This document shows, piece after piece, positions 14,928 through 28,672 of a stretch of DNA of 64,000 nt (positions within the stretch are counted from its first letter, which is position 1; every line of letters begins with the position of its first letter). The stretch comes from Mobula hypostoma. Its lineage: Eukaryota. The DNA lies in contig NC_086097.1 in NCBI RefSeq assembly GCF_963921235.1, positions 51,524,001 through 51,588,000 on the forward strand, given 5' to 3'. The notes under the pieces were generated by a model. The model searched no databases. It was not told the DNA's origin and saw only the letters and a program-made list of their open reading frames with translations. A program made the position numbers and the translations under genes.

Positions 14928-15151
14928 ATTAGAAGGACAAGAAATTAAGTTAACTCATGCCATTTTTTAACATAAATGAAATTGAAATAGTGAGATAGCA
15001 GAAAATCGCCGATTATGAATACAAGTCGATACAGTGATCTTCGCATTTTAACTCTTGAAGATTGATCTGACTTCCTAGCAGTTAAGATCAATAACTCTTC
15101 TAAGAAACCTCTTGAATTAAATCCAGTACTTACTAGCTTCATGATACTTTA

Positions 15152-15697
<546 letters not shown>

Positions 15698-16049
15698 TCA
15701 TCGGGCTAGGAAATAAACACCTGCCATATCTACTAAGTATTCCAAGAATTTTTAATATTTATTCAGATTTCCATTACCTGCATTAATTTTATTACTGCAT
15801 AGAGTATTTTGACAGTTTCTCTTTGTTCTAGAGTCAATACCTGATTTGCATAGAAGTTTTACTGCAAATCATTGTCTTCCTGAAATTTTTAAAACTATAC
15901 AATAAACACAAATTTATATACTGAGAGGAGTCAAGTTACTTCCTATTCATAATTACTAAAGGATTACAAATCAGCTTTGAATTTATGTCTAGGCTGAATA
16001 AACAAGTAATTACAACTGTTGCCTTTCTAATTATCACAATCTTTCTTAT

Positions 16050-16490
16050 AGTCATAAGAGTAAAAACAGCAGAGAAACAGGCCCTTTGTCCCAACTGGTC
16101 CATGCCAACCACAGCATCCTCACTGCTGGTCCTAGTTATCCACGTTCGGCCCATAAGCCTCCAAGACACTCCCCTCCACGCACCTATTCAAAATGCCTCT
16201 TAACTCTTAAATGCTGCAATTGTACCCACCTCGACCACTTCCTTGGTCAGCTCATTCCAAGTATTTACCAACCCCTGTATAATGAAGTAAATTCTCAGGT
16301 CTCTTAAATTTCTCTCCTATCATTGCCTTCTAGTTTTGGAATCCCCAAACTTGGGTAAAGACTATGACTGTCCACCTTATTCATACCACTCATGATTTCA
16401 TAAACTTCAGTGAAGTTACCCCTCATTCTCCTGTACTCCAGGGAATAAAAATACCACATGGCCAACCTCTCCCTATAACTCATGTCCTTC
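16050..16490 (-). mobile_element. Degenerate CR1-type LINE 3' end
   Basis: Similarity to other CR1 3' ends in the window. Confidence 0.6.
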
Positions 16491-17329
16491 AGTCCAATTC
16501 ACCCTGCCCCTCGAGAATTTTCTGCAGCACCTCGGAGAGACCCTTGACCCTGACACCCAAACTGATCCACAGGTAACAGAATAGAAGGAAGATTCATTTC
16601 TCTGCGAAGAGCTACCAGTTGCTAAAAAGCTCATTTTTATTTTTTATTTCCAGTAAATGAAAAGATAAGGAAAACAAATGTATCACAAACAATGATGTAC
16701 CAACATATTTACTGCACCTGGAGAGGTGATTCTTTAAGTTGGTAAACATATAATGGCCATAACAAACTTAATGATGCAAGCATTTATAGAATGTTTTATA
16801 TCGGGTTTGAATGGCTGTTCTTTCAACAGCAACAATGATCAACAGCATGCATTGCAATAAAAGTACAGTCTCAAAGATTTAAATATTCTCTTTTTGTGGT
16901 GAAGGCATACAAGTCTTGAGCATTTGAATACCTTGAAGTTTACACTCAATCTTTCCATATATACCAGACCTCTCAAAAGGGAGATACTGCGGAACAACCT
17001 CTTGAAATACAGTTGCCCATAAAAATTTGTTGGTTCTCATATTTGCTCCAGAAAGGTTTGTAAGCCACAGTAGTAACCAGTGGCTCTACAACAGAACCAC
17101 TATCAGTGAAGACGCTTGTTAAGCAGATTTGCATCACTGCCCCAACATTATTAGTAATCTTTCATGTTGTTACGTTGTAGTTAACCAAAATAAACTTCCT
17201 GTAGATGTGGAAGTTCTGTAATTTTCAGAACTAATGGGAAATCGTTCAGTTAAAATCCCAAATCACAGTAGATGAGGTCAAGCTCTAAGATATCAATGAC
17301 TGGTTTACCAATTATGCACAGGATCAAAG

Positions 17330-18340
17330 TCCTCTATCAATTTGCCCTCTACTGCACCATTGTGTGCACCTACAAAGTTTGACAACAATACCCAGGAAAA
17401 TGTGTATCACTTCCTATATCTTGGGAGCCATCTCTCAATGAAGATTGAAGAAAAGGATACTGCCAGTCAATACATCAGTCCTGGCATAAACTATTTGGCA
17501 GGAGTGTTTGTTGCCCCCGGTATATATGAGTGAGTAAGAACAACAACAGAGCAGTAGGATAGAACATCTTTATTGAGTCAAGTTAGCTGCAGTACAGGCT
17601 GGGCCGCCTAGTGTTGCAGCTACAAACCAGGCTTGCTGAGACAAGAACACGCACACTCAAAAGCCCTCGCGAAAAGAGAGCTCTCTGCGGCCCAATCGAT
17701 TCACCGTGCGACCAATCAGCCTTATGCGCACATGCCACATTCTTGCAATCCATTCGATATGCTTCTGAGACCTGGACTAGCTATAGCAGGTTTCTCAATG
17801 TGCTATTTTTTATTTAATTTCAAATTTTTATATATACTTTTAATTTGTAATTTATAGTTTTTATTATTATGTATTGCAATGTACTGCTGCTGCAAAACAA
17901 CAAATTTCACGACTTATGTCAGTGATAATAAACCTTATTTTGATTCTGATAACACTAATGCTGCTGCCACCAAAATCTTCCAAATTTTCTGGAAGGTTAA
18001 GAGAACTGAAGTCAGTGGGTTTGCCCTGGCCACCATCTCTAGCACCAAGGTCCCAATCATTTGGGTAAGGCATGTCATTTGCATTCCACAACAGTTTTAG
18101 AACAGATACTACATTCCATGCTCTTTTTAAAAAGAGGATATTACCAGGCAGAAAGCGGAAAAAGATTTAAGGATGTATCTAAAGTTTCCCTGCAGAAGAG
18201 TAACATCCCCTCCAATTCTTAACAACTCTGGCTCTCCTGCCCTACTGTGGAAAAATGAACACTTCTCATATTGGTACATTAGTCACCTCAGAACCCACAA
18301 TAATAGAGTGGACACAAGGCAGCTTTGATTCTGGGGTTTG
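17330..18340 (+). mobile_element. Degenerate RTE-type LINE remnant, interrupted by an LTR-like segment and a LINE tail
   Basis: FLYLGSHLS and YASETWTSYSRFL motifs (ORFs 17342..17533, 17611..17817). Confidence 0.5.
17509..17739 (-). mobile_element. Putative short solo LTR
   Basis: TGTTGC...GCCACA termini, CpG-rich, minus-strand AATAAA at 17569-17574; no TSD found. Confidence 0.45.
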
Positions 18341-19792
18341 TTTATGAAGAGATTAAAGGCATCACATGAGTGATTACTGCACCACACAATGTGCCTCACA
18401 GTCAATTATAATTTACTATTTTCAGTTCCCAAAGTCCATCTGCACTACCAGTAGGGACTTCAACTGGCCTTTCTCAGTCTCACATGTATTTATAAACTGT
18501 AAACACATAGTTATACTAAAGATAATAAATGAACATAGCATAGGAAAAACTAAAAATTTACCATGGCAAATGAACCAGTTTATTAGATTTTTTCATGATG
18601 TTCCAAATCAGATGAATAGGAGAAAGTTACTGGATATTAGCTGCCTGTGTACGAAAAAGCATTTAATACTATCTACATAATAGACTAATTTATAACGTGT
18701 GCACCCTCAGGATAAATGGCAAACCGAGACTGAATGGTGGCTGGAATGCTTCTACACCCCAAACTTTTAAATTGCTTCATCATTAGTGGTCATGTGTCGT
18801 GTCTAAACTATAAACTACAGTTTCCTTTAGACCTTTGAATTCTTATTCTTCCTCACTATTCCTCTTCATTTATAACTCAATTTAAAATTAGCCTCCTTAG
18901 ACTATGATCTTTTCCCAATACTTAATTTGGTTTTGAAAAACATTATTTGGTATTGTTCTTGAAATTTATTATATGTAATTAGTAAACATATGCTATTGTG
19001 TACACTTAAATTGGAACTGATAGCTGGTATTGAATCCCATTGGATATTGATAATGGTATTCCTGTGGTTTAATTCTAATGACAAGAACATAAATAATGTA
19101 GATTTTGACCAAAAGTTATCTAAAATAAAACTGAATAGTTTTAATTATTAGATTATATTATTTGACAGAGGTAAGCCATAAAAAAAATATAGTAACATAT
19201 TTAAAGTAACATCATTGAATGGGGTGTTCAAAGTGATATTATTAAAGCAACCAATTTAAATGTTTTCAGATAGATAACAATAAAATAATGGGTAATAATA
19301 GATTTGTTGCCCTGAGGATATTAATAGTCAATCATTGTGTGGACCACAGTGTGGATAGATCAGGGCTGACAGATTTCCTTCCTCGAAGATAAACACACGG
19401 GCTTATAGTTAGGGCTTGACCTCCAATGAATACACCAAATTTTTGAATTCAGTTTAAAATCTTGTTGTGGTTGGATCTGAAGTCTCTGCTCTATTCTTTG
19501 GTGTTTTTGTTTTAAAAAACAGTTTGAGGGAATATTCTCCCCTTGTTCATTGTTAGACCTTCCTTCAGATGTTACTTGCTGTATAGCTGAGCTATGATAG
19601 TCTTGCTTACTATGGGTACTAACAGTTAAAAAATCGTATGTTCTTGCACTGGAATAACTTCACACTGGTAAAATAAAGACAGATATTAGATTACCAAAAG
19701 GAAGATTGATTTTTGATTAACTTTCTTATATCTTATCTTGACAGTACAGAAAGTTTGACTGAATCACCATAGGCAGTGTTAATGTAAACCAA

Positions 19793-20063
19793 AGACGAGG
19801 AAATCTGCAGATGCTGGAATTTCAAGCAACGCATAAAAGTTGCTGGTGAACACAGCAGGCCAGGCAGCATCTCTAGGAAGAGGTGGAGTCAACGTTTCGG
19901 GCCGAGGCCCTTCGTCAGGACTAATTGAAAGAATAGCCATCTCTTACTAGCTCTTCTTTCAGTTAGTCCTGACGAAGGGTCTCAACCTGAAACATCGACT
20001 CTACCTCTTTCTAGAGATGCTGCCTGGCCTGCTGCGTTCACCAGCAACTTTTATGTGTGTTGC
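19793..20063. mobile_element. Miniature fold-back Penelope-like insertion (inverted ~110 bp arms, 14-bp TSD)
   Basis: Arms 19826-19933 and 19954-20063; ttaatgtaaaccaa duplicated at 19779-19792 and 20064-20077. Confidence 0.88.
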
Positions 20064-20489
20064 TTAATGTAAACCAAGTTACTTCTGTAGGGAAAGTGCT
20101 GAAGCAAAAATAAATCATATAATACATTGACATTTCCCTAGTCAGAATGCTGACATAAAAAAGCAACATTGTAAAAGCCATTGAAATCCTCCACATTTCA
20201 ATAAACTTGAAATGCTTATAGCAATGAGGTTGCCTTCACTTACAGAATGAACTTTCTTTTTTTCCTGAAGGAGTGCCCTGTCTAGTTTTTAATTATTTAT
20301 TAATACCACCATCTATTCAGTGAGAACATGCAGTACTGGACATAATTAATACAATGGTGGAAATATTGGTTTAGTATTCTTCTGCTAACCCTCTTGAAAT
20401 AAAACTAGTTAACACAATTGTTTTCTTTGAGGCTGTTGAATTATTTGATTGAATATGATTCAAATGTGTCATAACAAGTCAACAAGGTG

Positions 20490-21695
20490 ATGCATTTCAT
20501 TGGCTCCACTCAGCTCTGGAACAGCTGGACAATGAAGATACATACATCAGGATGCTCTTTGTTCGTCATTCAACAATATCACCCCTTCAGAAGTTCCAAG
20601 AACTGGGCCTCTGTACTCCTTGTGCAACTGGATCCTTGATTTCCTCACTGGCAGATGCCAGTTAGTACAGATTGCAAATAACATAATTGCACGAGAGCTC
20701 CACTTTCACGATCAGCACAGGCGCACCACAGGGCTGTGTGCATAAAGACCCCTGCTTTACTCACTTTATACAAATGGTTGTGTGGCTAAGTACAGCTTTA
20801 ATGCCATATTTACATTTGCTAATGACACCACTGCTGTTGGCCGAATCAAAGGTGATGGGAAAATCAGCATATAGGAGGGAGATTGAAAATCTGGCTGAGT
20901 GGTGTCACAACATCAGCAAAACCAAAGAGTTGATTGCCGACTACAGGAAGAAGCAGCTGGGGGACAATGAGCCGGTCTTCATTAGGGGAATAGAGGTGGA
21001 GAGAGTCAGTAGCTTTAAATCCTTTGGCAGCAACATATCAGAGGATCTATCCGAGAACCAAGACATAGGTGTCATCACAAAGATACTGCCTCTACCTTCT
21101 GAGAAGGTTGCATGGATTTGGCATTTTACCATAAACTTTGGTTGACACACTTGAAAAGATGCACGGTGGAGAGTATCCTAACTGATTGCATCACTGCCTG
21201 GTATGGAAAGCCCAATGCACAGGGATGTAAAAGGCTACAGAAAGTGGTGAATGCAGCCCAGTCAGTCACAGGCAAAGCTCTCCTCACCATTGTGTACGTT
21301 TACATGGAGCTCTACCACAAGAAAGCAGCATTTATTATCAGAGACCTCCACCAGCTGGGCCATGCGCTTTTTTTGCTACTATCATTGGGTAGTAGCTCCC
21401 ATGCCACTAAGTTCAGGAACAGTTATTGGCCTACAATCATCAGGCTCCTGAACCAGTGTAGATTACTTCGTACATCACTCTGAACTGATTCAATGACCTA
21501 CAGACTCATTTTCAAGGACTATTTACAATTAATGTTCTCACAATTATTTTTTTGTATAACATGGCTTCTTTTGTGCATTAGTTGATTATCTACAGTTTTT
21601 CATAAATACTATTGTATTTATTTTTCTGTAAATGCCTGTAAAAGCTAGTGTATGGCAACATACATATACTTTGCTAATAAATTTACTTTGAACTT
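20490..21695 (+). mobile_element. Degenerate Rex1/Babar-like LINE
   Basis: ISTGAPQGCV, SAYRREIENLAEWC, RCTVESILTDCITAWYG, FRNSYWPTIIRLLN; tail aataaatttactttgaacttt. Confidence 0.85.
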
Positions 21696-21929
21696 TATTG
21701 TCTTTACCTACATTATGTAAATTGTGGTTTTGGTACCATAACCAGATCATTAGTTTGATCTAATTTTTCCACCATGGTTGATGAGAACCCAACTTAACCA
21801 ACATATTTAATTCATGCTGTAATTTTGTGGTTTTATCTTTATTTTAAAATTTCATTAAAATGTTAACACATGTAAAACTATGAGCTAAGCAGGGATTGTG
21901 GTATTCATATTAGTTGTTTATTGTCACAG

Positions 21930-22310
21930 CTCAGAAAGTACAACATTTTCCTGCACAGATGAACTGAACTTTCTATGCAACATCTACTCTTTCCCACAAT
22001 CTACCAGAGGATCCAAATGAAGGAGCGATTCGCTTGCCCTTTATCCACTACGGCACTGCATCCAGTACTCATGACGTGGTCTCCTCTACATGAAAGAAAT
22101 CACATACAAGTAGGTGGCTGCACTGAGCTTCCAGTTGTGTGTCATTTTAATTCCTCTTCCCACTTCCACTATGACCTATCTGGCTGTGGCCTCTAGTACT
22201 CTTCCAACAAGGCCCAATATAAGCTTGAGTGACACCAGCTCATCTTCCATTTGAGCACATTGTAGACCTTGGGTCTGAAGATCAAATTTAATAGTTTCAG
22301 GTAACTTACT
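21930..22310 (+). mobile_element. Old Penelope-like GIY-YIG remnant
   Basis: ELPVVCHFNSSSHFHYDLSGCGL resembles DLPVATHFNSTSHSHSDMSIHGL of the 31572..32315 ORF. Confidence 0.65.
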
Positions 22311-25300
22311 TTTTCTTCCTGTATTAGAATGGATTAGTTTTGCTGGATAGTCCCACAGTTAACTCAGCTTTTCTCTCTTCACAGACAGAGTCTGATGTTT
22401 TGGTTTATCTACTATTCTCCTTTTAGTTTCAAGTTCAACAGGAGCTCTGACCTGCATTTCGAAACTTTACACGTTCCTTTGTTTTCTTTCATCCTAACTG
22501 TCCAGATGAGAGATTTTGCTCTCTGCATTAATCATTCAGCAGCCAGGAGATCATTCTTTGTGGTGGTCTTCTGTGCACTGATTAACTTGGCGACAACCAA
22601 GTTTAGCCATCGTCCTCTGAGATGGAGCAAGGGAAGAATCAGAGATTAAGAAAGCACCATTATTGGGGTGAAGATCATGGAGACTGAAGGAAAGGTAAAG
22701 GAGAAGGTAATAGCCTGAGTAATAGGATGTCCACCTCAAGCCAGAATACAGTTCTGGATGTGAAGTGACATTTGATCCTGGGAAGATTTTCATCCAATGA
22801 CACTTATCAAGAAATAATCTTCAATCAGTGATACAATCAATCATTACCATTTTGAAACTGCTGATGATTTTAAGGTGGTAGATGTTCCCACCAAAAGACC
22901 ATACTGAAGCTTCTATTTTTCTCTTCCATCTCACTAAAACATTGCAACAACTACTTACTTAGAACAAAGGAATTGTTAATAAATCAAGCCTGGCATCATG
23001 AAGTCTCGAACAAATATACATATTACTCCAAATCATCCACACATAACCTTCACCGTTCATGCTTATGCTTCTTGAATTAATCTCATCATGATAGGAAGCT
23101 ACTCCTAATGAAAATTCTTTCATGAGTCCTTTAAATAGCCCACTGAAGAATAGCTGAGGTCAAATTCATTAATGGATATCTATGATCAGAACGATAGGAG
23201 AAGCAGAGTTATTCAATAAGATTAGAAAAAACGATTCATTGCTTAGGTAGCAGCTGAATCTATTCATCATTTTATTTGTCAAGGAGCATACTTGCATGTC
23301 CCCTTGGTTTCATGCAATATTCGAGACAAATCTCTCACACTGCGCCCATTTGGCATAAGTACGAAAAGAACTAAGATCATATTTTAGCAACCACACTCAG
23401 AACATGAGTATTTGAAAATACTTGACATGGGGTCTGTGGCAACATGTGCTTTGGGCAGACTTACTCAAACAGCAAGGAATTAGGGAAGGCCTGTCCTTCT
23501 AATGTTTAGCATCTTGTAGCATCATCTTAAATCTTAATCGTTCCTATGTTTCAAAAGGCATTACAACTTATTGTACATTAGTTTGCCTCTGGGACAGGGT
23601 TCTTAGGGATGTCATTCGGAGCTATTATTGGATTTTTGAGAAAACCTTATTCTATATTAAGCTTTTATGTTAAGGTTTTGAACCAGCTGTATTTGTTAAA
23701 ATCATTCTATAGTAAGGAAATAAGACAATTTGAGGTTGTCTCTGAGACATTAATTTATCTCTGATGTCAGCCTTCCCAGCAAAGCTTGGGTAGCTGCTTT
23801 TGACAAGACTTAGTTCCTCAAACTGCACTATTAAACCATGGTCAGTTACATTAAATGAGCATGAACTACACAAATGGGATAAAAACAATTCTAACAGAAA
23901 TAAATAGCTGGATAAGAAAACCAAGTAGATTTTGCTTCATTGTTTTAGTCATCATGTGTCCTGCTTCCCCTATGACAGTGTTTCCCCACCTTTTCTATGC
24001 CATGGACCCCTACCATTGCCCAAGAGGTGGGGAACTCCTGCCCTATGGTTACAACTGTGCTAAGCCTCAAAAACCTTGCCATGGCTAGTAAATTGACTTT
24101 GGATACTCTCTATGCTTCCAGATTATTGTACCAATACCTTATACTTTGCTGTGCTTGGAAACCAGACAATTTTTGGTTCAGGCTTAGCAGAGGTCTGGAG
24201 AATTTGAGGTTGTTTTTAAGAGTTTTAACCAATTTTAGAGGCAAAATACTGCTCTCTCTCTCTGTTACCATTTTCCCTTGACAATGACACTGTCTGGCAC
24301 AACAGCTGGACATTACTCCAAGCACTTTATAGTGTTTCCCTTGGAGAACAATGTTCTTATAAGGCGGCTCAAACAATCCCTCTAAGTCAGCACTATCAAC
24401 TTCCATGGAGCTGAGCCAGTAGCTCTCCTCCAGTCTGACCACAGCCTGTTTGTGCCAGGTACAATCAAATACCCTTCTACTCTAATCTCTTCCATTACAG
24501 AGCCGGTATTGCAGCAATGATCTGCAAGAATCAGCATCCTTGTGTAGTCTCCTCTGCAGCACTCAATGTATGCAACCCTTCTTGCCCTCCAGAGGCTTTT
24601 GCAGGCCCTCTGAGGTTGCAGGCTGAGCTTAGACTCACTCCCTTCCCTCCAGGCAAATTCTCAAAATGAAAGGAATACATGATAGATGGCTCTGCAGCAA
24701 TGATCACTACCAAATATTAAAATCTCAGAATTATGCTTACTTCACAATGTCAATAAAAAGGTTTGCATTGAACTGCAGCTAGAATTTCTCAGCAATTAAT
24801 GCCTTTTAGACATCCTTTAGATAAACAACATGCTAAAGTTAATGGGATAATGAACCAGGAGTGGCTGCTACTATTGACTACACCTACAAGAGATTGGAGC
24901 TTACACTGAAGGCTGAAATCCATTATAACTGTCCAAGATTTTGAGTTTGTGCTTCACTACAAGCTTTGAATAGGTGATAAAGTTGCAGCCATTTTAAGAT
25001 TAATGTTCCATTGGTGCTTCGTGGTACATTAGAGACATCCTTAGCTATTGCTCCCTTAAATTTGTATGGAAAATATATCTGCATACATGTGCATTGGAAG
25101 TGCCTGACTTAAACATATTTATATTGAAATGTATGGGTGTTATAGTTTGTTAGTGCACATCACAGGAATATGTTTCTTTCACCTTAATACATTGTGCAGA
25201 ATTGTGAAGGAGGTACAGATGTGGAATGTAGTATGAATGATATAAATGCTTTGGGCTGCCTTATCCATAGACATTGTACACCTAGTCAACATCCAGATAT

Positions 25301-26559
25301 AATTTATTACTGATGCCCGAAGGCTTTGCTCATTGCCAGAGTTTGAAAATAACATGTTGTGTATGGGTGCACTTCTTACAAGTTAGCAATTTTGGTACTA
25401 ATGAGCAAGTATTTACCCAGATGCAATAGGTCACAGACACTCTCAGCACCTGGTGCCTTGGGCTTGCCAATCCCAACAGTAATAAGGTGCCATACCCTTC
25501 GCTTCAGAGATGTGAACCCATTCTCATGAGCTGGGCCACCAATGATTTACTATGCCAAATGCCTGCTCTTGGCCACAGATTACGAGATCATTGAGCTAAC
25601 CTAATGGGCCTTCTTGGATAATTCTATTAACTCATCATGAAGCAAAAGAAAATGAATAATGGAATGATGTACAATGTCTATTGTTTCATGAATTGGCCAG
25701 TGTGTGTTTAGTGCGGTGACTATTAAAGATCAATATGCATTGCGTTTGCGTCAGAGAATGAGCAGAATAATAATATTTGGAGAGAGTTTGCAGTGAACGC
25801 GAGACAGAAACAGAGCAAGAATGCCAGTGTTAGACAGAGAGACAGTTAATCTGGTAATTATTGAAAGGAGCTATACACTGTATTAAGTTGCTATGCAATT
25901 GTGAATGCCAAAACGGTAGTCTTTTAATTACATAGGTTGTTTATTTTCTATACCACCAAAAATGACAAGATTAACAATATTACCATTTCCTTTTGATATT
26001 TCAATACTGCAAATTTTACAAGTAGATAGCAGACAAACAAGTAAGCAAGCAGTGACCAGGCCACTGAAAGCAAGACAGTCATAATAGTAACTAACTTACA
26101 CTGATTGTATGGACAGCTGATATCTGTAAAATACAACAGGGATTTCTTTAGAAAAAAAGCGTTCCGGTGCTTGGCAAAATACACCATAACACTTTATTTA
26201 GTTTCACAGATTCTTTAAAAACAACGTTGCAGTGTTAAATGTCAATGGCACAAATACAATTATTGTACAAAAATGTTTGCCACATGGTTTAGTTTTAATT
26301 TTTTAAACATTTGCATATATATTCTCAACAAAAGCTTTTTATAAATGACTAAAAGGCTAAGCTGTTTTAAGACTATGACATTAGCTTCTATAGATTACAA
26401 TCCATGAATGTGGCATTTCAAATATGACACCGCATCACAACCCTTTGCACAAGTTTACCATTTATTGTATTGCCTTAATATGTGACTTTTTCAAAAAGAG
26501 CTTTCTACTTATCTTTATGCATATAAATCCCATAAATGTGTAATGTTTAATGTATTTTA

Positions 26560-26721
<162 letters not shown>

Positions 26722-28514
26722 CTATTCAAGAAAAGCATAAATGTATTTCAAAGAGTAAAATAGGCAGTATGTCACCTCTAGCCCATGGTCTTTAGCTGTG
26801 GACTCACTGAGAAATACTTTACTGTTGCACCTTAATTTTCTTCGTGTTTTTCCTTGATAACAACAATGCATGCTTAACCTTTTTTCCCTCATGACTTACC
26901 TTTATTTGCTTTATTCTCAATATCCCATTATTACCAACAGACTAACAAAATTCATTTGCCTACAAATTATATCAATGATGCTAAAGAGGCATGCTTAAAT
27001 TAAAATAATATTTTGTATCCCCAACATACTGTAAGAAAAACCAACAAATTTGTTTGCAAGCATAATTTTCTTTAGCCTTATGATTAAACAGAAACATCAC
27101 AGTGCATTTAAAAGAAGCACACTATTAGGTTTTGTATTTCAAATACAAGGCCCCACTTAAAATCTCATCCAATCTGGGTTCATGATATAGAGCAAGACCA
27201 ACTTTGCATAGAGGCACAGGAAACAATGCCTGCCTTAATATCTTTAATAATTTCAAACGTCTGCTTCTTTTGATATCTTTAAGTGGACAAGTCCATTGAA
27301 AGATAATTATCTGTCTTTGGTTGATGGTTAAAATTATTTGTAGAAATGGAAAGATGATATGAACTAACACTGCTCTAATTTTACTTTCAGTTTGTGTCTT
27401 ACTAAGCAGGGACAGAAGTCACCAAGGCAAGGGAAGAGTGTGAGAGTATATAGTAAATTGGATTATTACCCTGCCACTTCAATATTATCCACTTAATATA
27501 GATTCAACATTCAAGTTCTAAGCATTCTTCTTTCATATAAAGGTTGCAAAAATTATATTTCACCAAAGTTGATTTTGTTCTCAAATTGAGTTCAGTTAAT
27601 AGATAAAAATGTACTGAATGCAGCCACTCTGAATTTAGCACTATAGCTCAAACTAAGAATGACTGTATTATGGAGAGAATTCACATGCAGCATGGGTACA
27701 TTTGCACCAAAGGCTAAAACAATGTGCTGAGAGTTCAGCCTCGTGTATGAGTTAATTTTCAGAACAAATCAGTACTTGTAAAAAGAAAAACTAATTACAT
27801 GACTTCAATCATGTTTAAATTTACAGTACTTTATTAGAATACTGATTGAAAAATGCATTTTCAGAGCAAGATTTCTTTTACCCAGCAATTGTAAAAAGGT
27901 AAATTTTCAGAACTGAATTCACATTTACCATGTTCCTTTGACTCTGAATGAGATTGTTTTGTGTTTTGGCACAGATAACAATTGAATTATCAGTGGTAGA
28001 TTTACCTTTACCCTGGGCAGTCTTCTGCTCATTTAAAACACCTTTTTTGCAAAAAGATGTGAGATGTTCTATGGTTACATTAAGCTGCCAGACCAGCCTT
28101 CATGTCCATAGAATACCTCACAAGCTTTTTGGCTCTGGGTGCCTAAATAGTAGGCATCCGAAACAGAAAAAGTAATACCAGCTAAGCCTTTGCTGTACAA
28201 CATGCATGTGACTTATCTACACAAATCACATTTACATCCATCAGTTATTTTTCTTGAGTTCAATGAAAAGGGAAGATAGTACCCAACCAAATTTTCCTAA
28301 ATAATTTGTTAAATCATAGCAGCAAACACTACTTCAAATCGAGATACATTATGAGGGGATGAAATTAAAATGAGTAACAGCCTTCATTCACAGCAAATAT
28401 TACTTGATGATTACTTCACATTCAATGTCCATGAGTATAGCTGGTGAATTCTCGTGAAACTAAACATATCACAGTTCCTTGTTCATTAAAATGTTTGCAT
28501 TTCACGATACTCAC

Positions 28515-28672
28515 TCGAAATTGGCCACCGTTTCCATCATCCAGTTCTAGAATGTAGCCCTCTACTTGAACTAATGAAAGTGGCGGCTGTTTCCAGGACA
28601 ACGTAGCACTGTTGCTGCGAGTACAACATTCCTCCAGCTGCAAGATTGGGGCTGATGGCACTGGAGAGGAAA
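28515..28672 (-). CDS. TRIM9: TRIM9 coding exon, FN3 N-half: (V)SSPVPSAPILQLEECCTRSNSATLSWKQPPLSLVQVEGYILELDDGNGGQFR
   Basis: ORF 28422..28661; cttag acceptor (alternative cag 12 nt downstream, exon start 28660), gtgagt donor; 158 nt, phase 1/0. Confidence 0.93.

Noticed and set aside
19793..20063. DNA-transposon MITE or miRNA precursor
   Set aside because: Arms are the Penelope 3' terminus, and the asymmetric tail and 14-bp TSD match the larger retroelement
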